64,000 nucleotides of DNA, taken from the NCBI GenBank assembly GCA_963827275.1, contig CAWHAA010000007.1, positions 277,020-341,019 of the forward strand, given 5' to 3'. Positions 1 through 11,554 of the stretch are shown here, one piece after another. Numbering within the stretch: the stretch's first letter is position 1; each line of letters begins with the position of its first letter. Source of the DNA: an uncultured Spirochaetota bacterium (GTDB taxonomy: Bacteria > Spirochaetota > UBA4802 > UBA5550). A model generated the notes under the pieces. That model saw only the letters and a program-made list of their open reading frames with translations. It was not told the origin of the DNA and ran no database searches. The translations under genes and the position numbers were made by a program.

Positions 1-3000
1 GCCGGTGGAGGCGCCCGGGCCGGTGATGGCCACGGTCGGTGCGACGGTGTCAACATAGGTTATGCTGTACTGCGGCGCGGCGGTATTAAGATTGGAGGCC
101 GCATCCTGTGCGACGCCGGCGTTGATGTCCACGGTAACGGTGCCGTAGGCGGCCGGAAAGATTTCCGCCGTGTAGTTGGCGCCGAAGCCCATGAGGTTGG
201 ACACGCTGCCGTTTGTGACGGTTATGCTTCCCGCATTGAAGCCGGTCACGTCTTCGCTGAAGGTGATAGTTATCGGTATGGGCGAGGTGCCGGTAGAGGC
301 GCCCGGGCCGGTGATGGCCACGGTCGGCGCGACGGTGTCCACATAGGTTATGCTGTACTGCGGCGCGGCGGTATTAAGATTGGAGGCCGCATCCTGTGCG
401 ACGCCGGCGTTGATATCCACGGTAACGGTGCCGTAAGCGGCCGGATAGATATCCGCCGTGTAGTTGGCGCCGAAGCCCATGAGGTTGGACACGGAACCGT
501 TTGTGACGGTTATGCTTGGCCGCATTGAAGCCGGTCACGTCTTCGCTGAAGGTGATCGTCACCGGGATAGGCGCAGTGCCGGTGGGATCGGGCGCCGCTG
601 AGGTTATCGCTACCGTCGGCGGCACGATGTCGATGTAGGTTATGGAGAAGGTCGGTGCGGCAGTGTTCCAGTTCAAGGCGGCATCCTGCGCCGCATTGGC
701 CGCAACGTCGACCGACACGGTCCCATACCCGGTCGGCGTGATGTTGGTGGTATAGACCGCGCCGGAACCAGCCAGGGTCCCCGCGGTCCCGTTCGTGACG
801 GTTATATCGGTATTAATAAACCCGGTCACCGGCTCGCTGAAGGTGATCGTCACCGGGATAGGCGCAGTGCCGGTGGGATCGGGCGCCGCTGAGGTTATCG
901 CTACCGTCGGCGGCACGATGTCGATGTAGGTTATGGAGAAGGTCGGTGCGGCAGTGTTCCAGTTCAAGGCGGCATCCTGCGCCGCATTGGCCGCAACGTC
1001 GACCGACACGGTCCCATACCCGGTCGGCGTGATGTTGGTGGTATAGACCGCGCCGGAACCAGCCAGGGTCCCCGCGGTCCCGTTCGTGACGGTTATATCG
1101 GTATTAATAAACCCGGTCACCGGCTCGCTGAAGGTGATCGTCACCGGGATAGGCGCAGTGCCGGTGGGATCGGGCGCCGCTGAGGTTATCGCTACCGTCG
1201 GCGGCACGATGTCGATGTAGGTTATGGAGAAGGTCGGTGCGGCAGTGTTCCAGTTCAAGGCGGCATCCTGCGCCGCATTGGCCGCAACGTCGACCGACAC
1301 GGTCCCATACCCGGTCGGCGTGATGTTGGTGGTATAGACCGCGCCGGAACCAGCCAGGGTCCCCGCGGTCCCGTTCGTGACGGTTATATCGGTATTAATA
1401 AACCCGGTCACCGGCTCGCTGAAGGTGATCGTCACCGGGATAGGCGCAGTGCCGGTGGGATCGGGCGCCGCTGAGGTTATCGCTACCGTCGGCGGCACGA
1501 TGTCGATGTAGGTTATGGAGAAGGTCGGTGCGGCAGTGTTCCAGTTCAAGGCGGCATCCTGCGCCGCATTGGCCGCAACGTCGACCGACACGGTCCCATA
1601 CCCGGTCGGCGTGATGTTGGTGGTATAGACCGCGCCGGAACCAGCCAGGGTCCCCGCGGTCCCGTTCGTGACGGTTATATCGGTATTAATAAACCCGGTC
1701 ACCGGCTCGCTGAAGGTGATCGTCACCGGGATAGGCGCAGTGCCGGTGGGATCGGGCGCCGCTGAGGTTATCGCTACCGTCGGCGGCACGATGTCGATGT
1801 AGGTTATGGAGAAGGTCGGTGCGGCAGTGTTCCAGTTCAAGGCGGCATCCTGCGCCGCATTGGCCGCAACGTCGACCGACACGGTCCCATACCCGGTCGG
1901 CGTGATGTTGGTGGTATAGACCGCGCCGGAACCAGCCAGGGTCCCCGCGGAACCGTTCGTGACGGTTATGCTTCCCGCATTGAAGCCGGTCACGTCTTCG
2001 CTGAAGGTGATAGTTATCGGTATGGGCGAGGTGCCGGTAGAGGCGCCCGGGCCGGTGATGGCCACGGTTGGCGCGACGGTGTCCACATAGGTTATGCTGT
2101 ACTGCGGCGCGGCGGTATTTGGGTTGCCGGCCGTGTCAGTGACGGCGCCGGCGTTGATATCCACGGTGACCATGCCGTAGGCTGCCGGATAGATCTCCGC
2201 CGTGTAGTTGGCGCCGGAGCCCATGAGGTTGGACACGGAACCGTTTGTGACGGTTATGCTTCCCGCATTGAAGCCGGTCACGTCTTCGCTGAAGGTGATA
2301 GTTATCGGTATGGGCGAGGTGCCGGTGGAGGCGCCCGGGCCGGTGATGGCAACGGTCGGTGCAACAGTATCAACATAGGTTATGCTGTACTGCGGCGCGG
2401 CGGTATTAAGATTGGAGGCGGCATCCTGTGCGACGCCGGCGTTGATGTCCACGGTAACTGTGCCATAGGCTGCCGGATAGATATCCGCCGTGTAGTTGGC
2501 GCCGAAGCCCATGAGGTTGGACACGGAACCGTTCGTGACGGTTATGCTTGCTGCATTGAAGCCGGTCACGTCTTCGCTGAAGGTGATAGTTATCGGTATG
2601 GGCGAGGCGCCGGTGGTGGCGCCCGGTCCGGTGATAGCCACGGTTGGTGCGATGGTGTCAACATAGGTTATGCTGTATTGCGGCGCAGCGGTATTAAGAT
2701 TGGAGGCCGCATCCTGTGCGACGCCGGCGGCGATGTCCACGGTAACGGTGCCGTAGGCTGCCGGCATGATTTCAGCAGTGTAGTTGGCGCCGGAGCCCAT
2801 GAGGTTGGACACGCTGCCGTTTGTGACGGTTATGCTTCCCGCATTGAAGCCGGTCACGTCTTCGCTGAAGGTGATAGTTATCGGTATGGGCGAGGTGCCG
2901 GTGGAGGCGCCCGGTCCGGTGATAGCAACGGTCGGGGCAGTGCCGTCGAGAACAATGCCGGCCGGCAGGTTCGTCGGGATACCAAAGTCAGTCATGATGT

Positions 3001-6000
3001 TCCCGGCCTCGTCTACAATCTGTCCGCCGCCGGATGTGGCGATGCTGACAGCCTGAAGATTGGATGAATCGTAGCCTGGTTGAACAGTGTATCCCATGCC
3101 AATGAAATTAGTTGGCCCCCATGAAGCATTGAAATTCATCACGACGTTGGTAGGCGCGGTGTTCAATGTTACGTCCATCGACCCGCTTGCCAATCTGATA
3201 GTTTCATTAAACTGCACCTGGATAGTGATGGTCTCGCCCAGAGAGTATACGTTGTCCGCCGGCCATTTTTCCACATGGTCGATGGTTGGCGCGGTGTTGT
3301 CGATGGTGACGCCTCCGGGAGCGGTGTCGGAGTCAAGATTGCCCGCCAGGTCGGCAACGTTTATGTTGTAGCCGACGACCTCGTTAGATCCGGACGCGAC
3401 CGCGTATGTCGCCTCCCAGGTCATGCCGGTCCCGCCGCCGGTCGGATCGGTTATCGTCGCGGGATATGTCCCTATAAAAACAGTCGGCAACGCGACCGCT
3501 TCGTCGGTGGTGAACTGCACTGTTATCGTATGGCCGTCCCGTGCGTATGTGCTGTTGATGGGGTTGCTGGACAGAAATGTCCCCGGCGTAATGTTCGGCG
3601 CTGTCGCGTCCACGGTGAAAAAGACGCTCGGACCAGCGCCGAGATCGGTGTTGCCCGCCGTGTCGGACGATGTGCCGGGGTCGATGGAGAGGCGGACCGT
3701 CCCGGTTCCCGTGCAGTTTGAAAGGGTCACCGTCGGCGCCATGGAGGCGCCGTTGGTGACGTTGAAATTACCGCAGTTTGCGCCGCCCGTGGTGCTGAGG
3801 CTGAGGTTAAGAATGGTCAGGTTTACCGTGTCTGCGCCGGAGTAGTTGACGACAAAGTCAACGCTGCCGGAGCCGTTGATCAGGGTCTGCGACGGCGTGC
3901 CGATGGAGACTTCGGGCACTGTCCGGTCAAAGGTTATGCTCGTTGAGTCCGTTGTGGCGGTCACGTTCGGCGCGGGGGTGCCCAGTAAGCTCTGGATATT
4001 TGATATTTCAAACGGGATCACGCCATCGGTATCGCCACCTGCCATTGTGTAGGTCGCCTGCCAGTTTGTGCCAAAGCCGGTCACGGAAACGCCGTCCAGC
4101 TCATCGTGCCCCGCGATCGATACGCTCGGGGCCTGTATTGCGATGTCTGATACGATTGTAAGGGTCACGATGCTCCCCGGTATCGCGTACAGGGGGTTGC
4201 CATTGCTGGATGAGATTGATACTGTGGTCAGCTGCGGCGGCACTGTCCCGTGCAGGTAGGTAACTTCGTCGCCGTACGCGGTCCCCGCGCCATTGATGGC
4301 GTATGCCCTGACGTGATAGGTGGTCCCGGCAAGAAGAGTTGTCATGGTCGAGGTAAAGGCGCCGGTTCCGCCCGGTCCATCAGTGGTGCAGCTGTCGCCT
4401 GTCGTGGGGCTGCCGGTTAAGTTCCAGCACACGCCGCGCTGCGTGATGGCGCCGCCGCCTGTGTCCGTGATAGTGCCGCCGGTGTCAGCCTGGGTGAGTG
4501 TGCTGTACACCGGAAGGGTCGTGGTCAGCGTCACCAATTGCGGATTGACGGTGATGTTGATGTCAAAGCTCTGTGAACCGCCGGAGTTGCCGGCGGTAAC
4601 GGTGTAAACGGTCGCGACCTGTTCCGCCGCAGGCACGCCGGTGATCTCTCCCGTGGAAGGATTCAGGGTCATACCGGTTGGGAGGGGCGGCATGACGGAA
4701 AATGCAAGCGGATAGGCATAGGTCGTCGGGTCAAGTGTCGGCATTATGTTAATGCCGATACCAACTACCAGGTTCTGCGGCGAGGCATAGGAAAGCCCTG
4801 CCAGCGGCGGATAATTCGTTGTAAAGGTCACTTCGGCGCCGTAGGAGGTGCCGCCCGCGTTGGTTGAGTACGCGCGGACATAATACATGGTATTGGGCGT
4901 GAGGCCGGCGATGCTGCTCGCGTAGGTGCCGGTAGTGTTGCCGTCGGAGGTACGGCTGTCCGCGATAGTCGGATTGCCTGCCGTGTTCCAGCATGTCCCC
5001 CGTTCGGTTATGGCCGCGCCGCCTCCGTCGGTGATGGTGCCGCCCGATGTCGCGGTCGTGTCAGTGACGGAAGAAGGCGCCGCGGTGGAAACCTCCGCAA
5101 GGGTGGTGAACATGATCTGGTTGCCGTACGCGGTGCCGCTCGCGTTGGTGGCGTAGGCGCGCACATAATAGAGCGTGTTGGAGGTGAGCCCAGTGATATT
5201 GCTGGTGAATATACCGGTGCCGCTTCCGTCAGAGGTCAGGTTGTCGGAGATTGTCGGCGAGCCTGACGTGTTCCAGCAGACGCCGCGGGCGGTAACGGCC
5301 GTACCCCCGGCCGATGTTATATTTCCACCGGACGTGGCGGAAGTGTCGGTTATTGACACGGCCGCTGTCGTGGAGAGCGTGGGGAGCGTCGCGTCGTTAT
5401 AGGTGACGCCGGTGCTGGCCGCGGCGCCGCTGTTGCCGGCCATGTCGGCCCCGGAGAACTGCACTGAATATATGGTCCCGCTGTTCAGCGTTATAGTGCC
5501 GAGGGTGAGATTGTGCACGCCGGTGGTCAGCTCAGTGCCGGAGAGCGCGTACGTATGGACTGCTGGGGCCCCCGCCGGGTCGTCGTTGCCGCCGGTTTCC
5601 GTCCAGGTAATCGAGCCGGAAGCGCAGGCCTCGGACAGTCTATAGGCAACGTTGTAGTCGCTTGTAACCGAGTTGGACGCGGGTGATATGCCCGAGAAGC
5701 CGGGCGCGGTCCTGTCAAAGACTATCCCCGGCGTTCCGGTGATGTCCGCCGCTGCGTTTCCCGCCAGGTCCCGCAGGTTGGATATCGCATAGCTTATCTG
5801 GCCTTCCGCATCCGAGTCCAGCATGACGCGCGTGGTGTTCCAGTCGGTTGTGGGGCCCGTCACGGTGGACGCGCTTCCTGACACGGTGACCGTCGGCGTC
5901 TGGATCGTCTCGTTCGTCTGGAAATTGATGATGATGGTGTCGCCCGTTCTCGCGTATGTGGGGATCGCGTTGGTGCTGGTTATCAATTGCATGGTCACGG

Positions 6001-6739
6001 AGGGCGCGGTCATGTCGAAGGTGACCGAACTCCCATCGTCCACCGTGGTTTCGTTCGCCGCGGTGTTCCCGGCGAGGTCCTGTATGCCTGAAATCTCGAA
6101 GGTGACCTGGACTTCGGGATCGGTATTGGTCATGACATATGACGCGGCCCAGTTCACCGGCCCGCCGGATATGGTAGCTGTGTGCCCGTTGATGGTCGCC
6201 GCTGGCATCAGCAGCTCCTCGCCCGCGGTAAAGCTGACGGTGACCCTGCTGCCGACACGCGCGTAGTCGGGATTGGTATTGTTGGAGTGTATTGAGGCCG
6301 TTATCGGGTTCACGGCACTGTCGTAAATCACGGTTGATGGCGGGATGTAGCCGGTAGGCTCGCTGTCCGGCTTCAATGCAGCGCCGTCGGCAACACCGAT
6401 GGTGATCTGCCCGTCGGCGGTCGGGGTTATGGTGATCGTGTACGTGGTGCCGTCGGCGCCGACCGGCGTTATGGATGTCACGGTGGCGCTGCCGGTGCCG
6501 CCGATAATGATGTCGCTAATATCAAAGCCGGTGACCGGTTCGCCGAATGTGATGGTAAAGGTGATGGTCGGGTCATTTGTCGGCCCGGTAACGCTGGAGG
6601 TGATAACCGCGTCGTACGCGTTGAATAGCGTGATGAAACTTAAGAGATTATCTTTAGACTTATTGTCATAAATGCCGCCCCGCATACAGGAAGTGGAGGC
6701 CAAAACGAGCAGAAACAGCGACATTATTATTTTTTTCAT
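1..6739 (-). CDS. Giant surface lipoprotein/adhesin with many bacterial Ig-like (Big_12/13-like) and FN3-like repeats; one frameshift near 518; runs off the window start
   Basis: ORF 374..6739 has a signal peptide and lipobox (LASTS-C), repeated 'TITFSE.VTGF...ITVTNG' Ig units, 'ATSGG.IT..GG.AIT.RG.CW' FN3-like units and a He_PIG-like 'LPTGMTLNPSTGEITGVP'. The repeat DNA continues to base 1. Repeat spacing 262-551 is 289 rather than 288, so one base is inserted ('cttggccgc'). Confidence 0.85.
544..1948. repeat. About 4.8 essentially identical 291-bp (97-aa) intragenic tandem repeats (type B)
   Basis: 'ggtgatcgtcaccgggatagg' recurs at 551, 842, 1133, 1424 and 1715, an exact 291 period. Confidence 0.95.
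1949..2940. repeat. Slightly diverged 288-bp (96-aa) intragenic tandem repeats (type A); further copies at 1-543
   Basis: 'ggtgatagttatcggtatggg' at 2006, 2294, 2582 and 2870 (288 period), and at 262. Confidence 0.9.
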
Positions 6740-6924
6740 AAAAATAATCCTTAAATATAAATGAGATGAATATGAAAAATAAAATAATAAAATGCCGCAG
6801 TCAAATAATAATATAATAAAAGTTACATAATTTTATTCCTTTTGTCAAAGTAAAAAATAGCCTGAACAGGTTATTTTTAGAAATTAATAATGTATACAAT
6901 ATTTAAATAATGTACAAAATATAT

Positions 6925-7467
6925 TTATTTAATCACAAACGTCCTGAGGACCATTATACCCTTATCGTTCTTGTACTCATAGTTCTTCTTGGTGTTTTTA
7001 TCTTCCAGGCGTACATTAACGAAATTATCGCTGATCTTTGATGATACCAGGGTAAGGTTTTTTTTCTTTATGCTGAACCTGTCTTCAATCATTTTTTTGA
7101 TCGACTCAATGTTGTGCTGATAGGCGCTTTCATTTCTTATGATGCTCTTTGCGTATTTCGGCGCAATCAGGTTCAGGATGATATCGCTTTCAATTTTAAA
7201 TGCCATGTCCTGATCGCCGTCCGACATCTCGACCGTGAAGGACTGTGTCTCCGATGCCGCGCCTTCGAGCTCCTGCGAGAGGGAATAGCGGATTTCAATG
7301 CTGTAATGGTCGCCATGATTCTGCTGGAGCCATGTATGCAGGGCGTCCTTTATCTCCTTGATCTCCCTGTCGGAGAACTTGAACCCGAGCTGGAACCGGA
7401 TCTCCTGGACCAGTTCCGATCTGATTTTAAGAAAAATTCGCTTGTAGATGGTAATTGAGAAAACCAT
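6925..7467 (-). CDS. Hypothetical protein
   Basis: 180-aa ORF with coding-like composition; no recognisable motif. Confidence 0.6.
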   Translation of the reverse strand: MVFSITIYKRIFLKIRSELVQEIRFQLGFKFSDREIKEIKDALHTWLQQNHGDHYSIEIRYSLSQELEGAASETQSFTVEMSDGDQDMAFKIESDIILNLIAPKYAKSIIRNESAYQHNIESIKKMIEDRFSIKKKNLTLVSSKISDNFVNVRLEDKNTKKNYEYKNDKGIMVLRTFVIK

Positions 7468-7520
7468 GGTTCTTCAAACCTCCATTGTGCTGTTGGTATG
7501 CCGCGATCGCGGCGGCCGCG

Positions 7521-8381
7521 TCAAAGCTTCTCCCACCGGTCTGTGTTATACATCATTTTTATCTGCAGAAGCACGTGGTCGGCATTGTCGGGGCTCAGCG
7601 GGGGCGATACCATCATCCGGACATAGGGGTCGTGCCGCTTTACCTGGATGAGGGCCTCCTTGTCCCTGGTGGTCACGGTATCGCCGATGACAATCAGCTT
7701 TGCGTTGGTCTTGATATATTCCTCCAGCAGCCTGTCGGGCGAGTTGACGCGGTGGATATCGGTGTTGGGGATGAAATCGGGAGAGACCTCGAACTTTTTG
7801 TCGTACCGGTGCGCGAGCATCATGCCGAGGAGGTCCATCTTCCGGCGGTACCCTGATTCGTCCACGAATTCTTCTGATTTTATTGTGCCACAGACGATGA
7901 TGCCGATTTCTGAATCACGGAGAAAAAACTTCTCCTGGCCGTCTATGTAGATCCTGTTTGCCTTCCATTTCTGCGCATCAAGCTTCTCGTCGTGCCGGAA
8001 CACGATTTCCTTCATCGCGGTCTTGCGGTCGCTCCGGTACACGTCCCCGACGACGTAGAGGAAGCGCTTGCGCCTCGACTGCGCGTTTGCCAGGTCCAGC
8101 TCTTCAAGGATGCGGTTCATGGCCCCGTAGTCGACCCAGCGGACCGGCCGTCGGTAATCGCCCGGGAACTCCCTGGTAAGGTATTCATACAGGGTAACGT
8201 TGTACCGTATCTCGATCTCCTTGACGCCGGACTTGATCAGGTGGTTTACATCGAGGAGCAGCACCTCGCTCCCGGCCTTGAACTTTTTGCCCTCTATGGC
8301 GACATCCGAGTAATAGACGCAGCTGAATTCATCAATGTATTTGTTGATGAGGTAGAGAAGTTTTTTTGTTTCAATTTTCAT
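7521..8381 (-). CDS. Hypothetical protein; C-terminus resembles a degenerate receiver-like alpha/beta fold
   Basis: ORF 7521..8405, more likely starting at MKIETKK (8381); C-terminal 'AKLIVIGD...EALIQVKRHDPYVRMMV'. Confidence 0.65.
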   Translation of the reverse strand: MKIETKKLLYLINKYIDEFSCVYYSDVAIEGKKFKAGSEVLLLDVNHLIKSGVKEIEIRYNVTLYEYLTREFPGDYRRPVRWVDYGAMNRILEELDLANAQSRRKRFLYVVGDVYRSDRKTAMKEIVFRHDEKLDAQKWKANRIYIDGQEKFFLRDSEIGIIVCGTIKSEEFVDESGYRRKMDLLGMMLAHRYDKKFEVSPDFIPNTDIHRVNSPDRLLEEYIKTNAKLIVIGDTVTTRDKEALIQVKRHDPYVRMMVSPPLSPDNADHVLLQIKMMYNTDRWEKL

Positions 8382-8497
8382 CGCATACCGGGCATGCGGC
8401 CGCATTCAGGCCCGCCGGGGAAGTATGCAATCCGGGGGGGATAAAATCAAATCATTTTTCGGTTACGGACCAAATAGGGGGTTGGATATAATTAATT

Positions 8498-8539
8498 GAA
8501 AAGACAGGGTGCGCCGGCAGGTGAGGTCCCTGCCGGTGC
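8498..8539 (-). terminator. Putative intrinsic terminator after the ELWxxDGT gene
   Basis: Stem gcgccggcagg/cctgccggtgc at 8511-8539, followed on the minus strand by a short T run. Confidence 0.45.
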
Positions 8540-8543
8540 CGAG

Positions 8544-10217
8544 TTATTTGACGAAGTATTCCCAGAGCTCCGCGCCGTTTGTCGGGTCGGTTCCCTGGAA
8601 ATAGAGCACATCCCGCACGCCGTTGTTGAATACTTTCGGATACCCCGGCAAGATTGGTTCCGCGGACGTGACCGGCCGAGGATTGGGGAACCAGGGATCG
8701 CCCGGCGATACGGGCATGGCGTCATCGTAGACCCATAACCGGTGGCCGCCGCCGTCGATTGCGCTGAAGTAGAGCTTATTGTCATACACTACAAATTCAC
8801 CAGGGCCCGATCCGGACGTCCCTGGGTTGATATCCGCGATCATCTGGGGAGGGACCATCGGCGTCCTGTCGTCGTACATCCAGAGCTCGGCGCCGCTGGC
8901 GGCGTCGGTTCCCGCGAAATACAGCCGGTTGTTATAGACTGCCATGTTGAGGGGGTTCAGGTGCGGATACACCGTGTCATGAACGGGTTCGGCTTGCAGT
9001 GTTGGTGATGCTGAATTAAAAGAATAGAGCTGTCTGCCATACGTCGTATAATGGTCTTTGTCCGCTGAAAAGAACAGCTTGCCGTTGTACACTATAAGGC
9101 CCTGCGGTTGGGGGTTCGGTGATGTCGAATGAGGGTTAATTATCTGTGCGAGATAGAGAGGCTCGTCGTACACAAAGATATTCCGCATGGACCCGTTATC
9201 GGTCGCAGTAAAATAGAGCCTGTTGTTGTACACCGTCAATTCCATCGGCATAGATTCGTTTGGATAATCCCCGGTCCCGTAACCGGCGTATAGATCATAG
9301 GAAAGGGTAGCTGATGTTCCGGTTGTCGAATACAGCTCTGAACCGGTGCCGGTGAATTGTGTGGAATTGCTCGCCTGGAAAAACAGCTTGTTGTTGAATA
9401 TGGCGAAATACGACGGATTTGAGCTGACGCTGCCGGGCATGATATCCTGCACCAGTGAGGCGAACCCCGTCGCATCGCAGCTGAGAAGTTCGTACCCCTG
9501 GGCGCCATACTCCGCGCCGAAATAGAGCTGATTGTTGTATACTCTCATCCCCGTAAAGGAGGAAGTGTTATAACCGCCGCCGATCAATGTGGGAGACGGG
9601 TTCGTTCCGTCATACGCGAATATCCTGAAAATGGAGCCGTCGTATGCGTTGTAATGCAGCCTGTTGTTGTATATTGTCAGATATCCGGGATTTGATGAAC
9701 CGGTGGTGTTCAGGTCATATACCATCCGCGCGACCATGTCGGGGATTCTCAGGGCCGCTGGACGCGGTTGTTCTACCGGCGTCATTAAAATGGGGTCATA
9801 ATAACATGAATAGACCAGCAGGTGGGTCGCACCGACCGGTATGTCTCCACCGACGTACATCGAGCTCACGGTCATCATGTTAGGGCTCTGGGTAATAATG
9901 GTATCACTGAGCTTGGTTGATGTGCCGGTCCCCCAGTAGACGCGAAACTCGTATACGTCGGGATCGGCGGGAGGCAGTACTATCAGGTTCCCGGCGATCA
10001 CATTTTCGTCTCTCGCCATGTCGATATAGCTCAGGCCCTGCGGCTGGTACGTGGCAGTGCCGAAGCCGAAAAAGGCCGCCACGAGCGAGAACAGGGAGCC
10101 GTTCTTAATCTGATTCTGCGCGGTGTGGTATATATCATCGCACGCGGGGAGCGCGGCGGCGATGAAGGCAAGCATCAGTATATTGATTATCGCTCTGTTG
10201 ATTGTGCTTTTATTCAT
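8544..10217 (-). CDS. ELWxxDGT-repeat-like beta-propeller lipoprotein
   Basis: Lipobox ALPA-C; repeats 'VYNNRLYFAGTDAASGAELWMYD', 'LYFQGTDPTNGAELWEY', 'DI.PG..SS.P'. Confidence 0.85.
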   Translation of the reverse strand: MNKSTINRAIINILMLAFIAAALPACDDIYHTAQNQIKNGSLFSLVAAFFGFGTATYQPQGLSYIDMARDENVIAGNLIVLPPADPDVYEFRVYWGTGTSTKLSDTIITQSPNMMTVSSMYVGGDIPVGATHLLVYSCYYDPILMTPVEQPRPAALRIPDMVARMVYDLNTTGSSNPGYLTIYNNRLHYNAYDGSIFRIFAYDGTNPSPTLIGGGYNTSSFTGMRVYNNQLYFGAEYGAQGYELLSCDATGFASLVQDIMPGSVSSNPSYFAIFNNKLFFQASNSTQFTGTGSELYSTTGTSATLSYDLYAGYGTGDYPNESMPMELTVYNNRLYFTATDNGSMRNIFVYDEPLYLAQIINPHSTSPNPQPQGLIVYNGKLFFSADKDHYTTYGRQLYSFNSASPTLQAEPVHDTVYPHLNPLNMAVYNNRLYFAGTDAASGAELWMYDDRTPMVPPQMIADINPGTSGSGPGEFVVYDNKLYFSAIDGGGHRLWVYDDAMPVSPGDPWFPNPRPVTSAEPILPGYPKVFNNGVRDVLYFQGTDPTNGAELWEYFVK

Positions 10218-10261
10218 GATCGGAATCCTCCGTAACGTGTGATAGCGCTGCAGGCCGGCTG

Positions 10262-11533
10262 TCAGAACCGGAACGTGACGTCCGCTGACAGGGCCACCAT
10301 GTGCAGGAGCCCGCTCTTTTCAAAGATGATGCCGTACTGCGCGTTGATGCCGATCCCCACAAGGCCGGTCGGGAGAAACAGGAACTGTACGCCCGCCATG
10401 CCGATCGGGTTGAACGCGGTTACCGACTTTTTCGTTTTCAGCGGGACCCCGATCAGCAGCGCCGTGACGGGATTGGCGAACGAGTAGCTCATGGCGCTGT
10501 AGGAGTATCCCGCGTCCAGCGCCGGCGCGAGCCGGAACCATGGCGCCAGGCTGATCTCGTAGCTGAACCTGAGGGTGATCGGCGCGATGATGTGGTTTGT
10601 CGTGCCGCCCTTGGGGAACAGGTACCATGCGCCGGCGTGGAGCCCCATCTTGAACCCGCTCCCTCCCACGTGGAGCCAGTCGATCCCGACGAGGCCGCCG
10701 GCCCCGATATCCGCGCTGTCGTTAAAGTCGAGGATCGGCACGATGACCGAAGGCCGCACCGATATGCCCACGTTCGCCGTGTCGGCGCCGGCCGGGGCGG
10801 GGGCCTTCTTTAGCAGCTCGCGCTCTTTCTCCGCGGCCTTTTCTTTCTGCGCTTTTTCCTTTTCGGAGGGCTCCGCTTCTTTCTCGCCGGTCTTCAGTGT
10901 TTTTGCCGTCACCTCGTTGCTGGGGGTTGATTCATAATTATCGTTATCCACGACCCGCACGATAAATGCATACAGCGTATCAGGTTCGAGGTCCCCGACG
11001 GTCGTGGTAGTCCGCCAGGTCTCGTCAATCGCCTTGTATTCCGGGTCTTTCTTTTTTTTCGCGTACACGATGAACTTCTTGAAGGAGCCGAGCGGCTTTG
11101 ACCAGGTGAGCTCCACTCCCCTCGACGTGGGACGCGCCGTCAGCTCGCTGGGGCGCTTCTTTGCCGTGTAGGTCACGCGTTCTTTTGATATGACCTGCTC
11201 GCCGGTGTCATTCAGCTTTTTCCGTATCGTGTAGTCTTCCCTGGTCTCGTTGACGATGAAGCCCTCGAATTCATCGCCGTTGGTGAGCCGTATCACCAGC
11301 TTGGTCTTGTATTCGTCGGAATAGAGCATGCGGAGGATTTCCCTCCGGGCGAAGGTCTTTCTCGATCCGTCTCCGAGCACAAGGGTGATGATGGCGTCGT
11401 TTTCAATGGCGATCTTGCCGTCGAAGATCCTGCCGTCTTTCAGAAAAATATGCTCCGCTTCTGCGCCGGCCGCGGTCAGCAGTAAAAGGGCGCTCACGAG
11501 CGGAATGATTACCGCGTGTACACTGTTTTTCAT
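10262..11533 (-). CDS. Secreted protein: two 'I.L.DG..I.G.I' beta domains, an FN3 domain and a C-terminal outer-membrane beta-barrel
   Basis: Signal peptide; FN3 'VELTWS...LEPDTLYAFIVRVVD...ESTPSNEV'; amphipathic strands ending in Phe (DVTFRF). Confidence 0.75.
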   Translation of the reverse strand: MKNSVHAVIIPLVSALLLLTAAGAEAEHIFLKDGRIFDGKIAIENDAIITLVLGDGSRKTFARREILRMLYSDEYKTKLVIRLTNGDEFEGFIVNETREDYTIRKKLNDTGEQVISKERVTYTAKKRPSELTARPTSRGVELTWSKPLGSFKKFIVYAKKKKDPEYKAIDETWRTTTTVGDLEPDTLYAFIVRVVDNDNYESTPSNEVTAKTLKTGEKEAEPSEKEKAQKEKAAEKERELLKKAPAPAGADTANVGISVRPSVIVPILDFNDSADIGAGGLVGIDWLHVGGSGFKMGLHAGAWYLFPKGGTTNHIIAPITLRFSYEISLAPWFRLAPALDAGYSYSAMSYSFANPVTALLIGVPLKTKKSVTAFNPIGMAGVQFLFLPTGLVGIGINAQYGIIFEKSGLLHMVALSADVTFRF

Positions 11534-11554
11534 AGGGCCTCGTATGTTGCCGGG

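Noticed and set aside
374..520. Basic C-terminal tail of the giant adhesin (KHNRHKRF...)
   Set aside because: It is the out-of-frame translation of a type A repeat after a one-base insertion.
544..1948. CRISPR array or DGR template/variable repeats
   Set aside because: The units are in-frame 291-bp coding repeats with no spacers, no adenine-specific variation, and no cas or reverse transcriptase gene.
2678..6671. Many plus-strand ORFs opposite the adhesin, and similar antisense ORFs elsewhere such as 17758..18900
   Set aside because: These are shadow ORFs of GC-rich coding sequence with no recognisable motifs.
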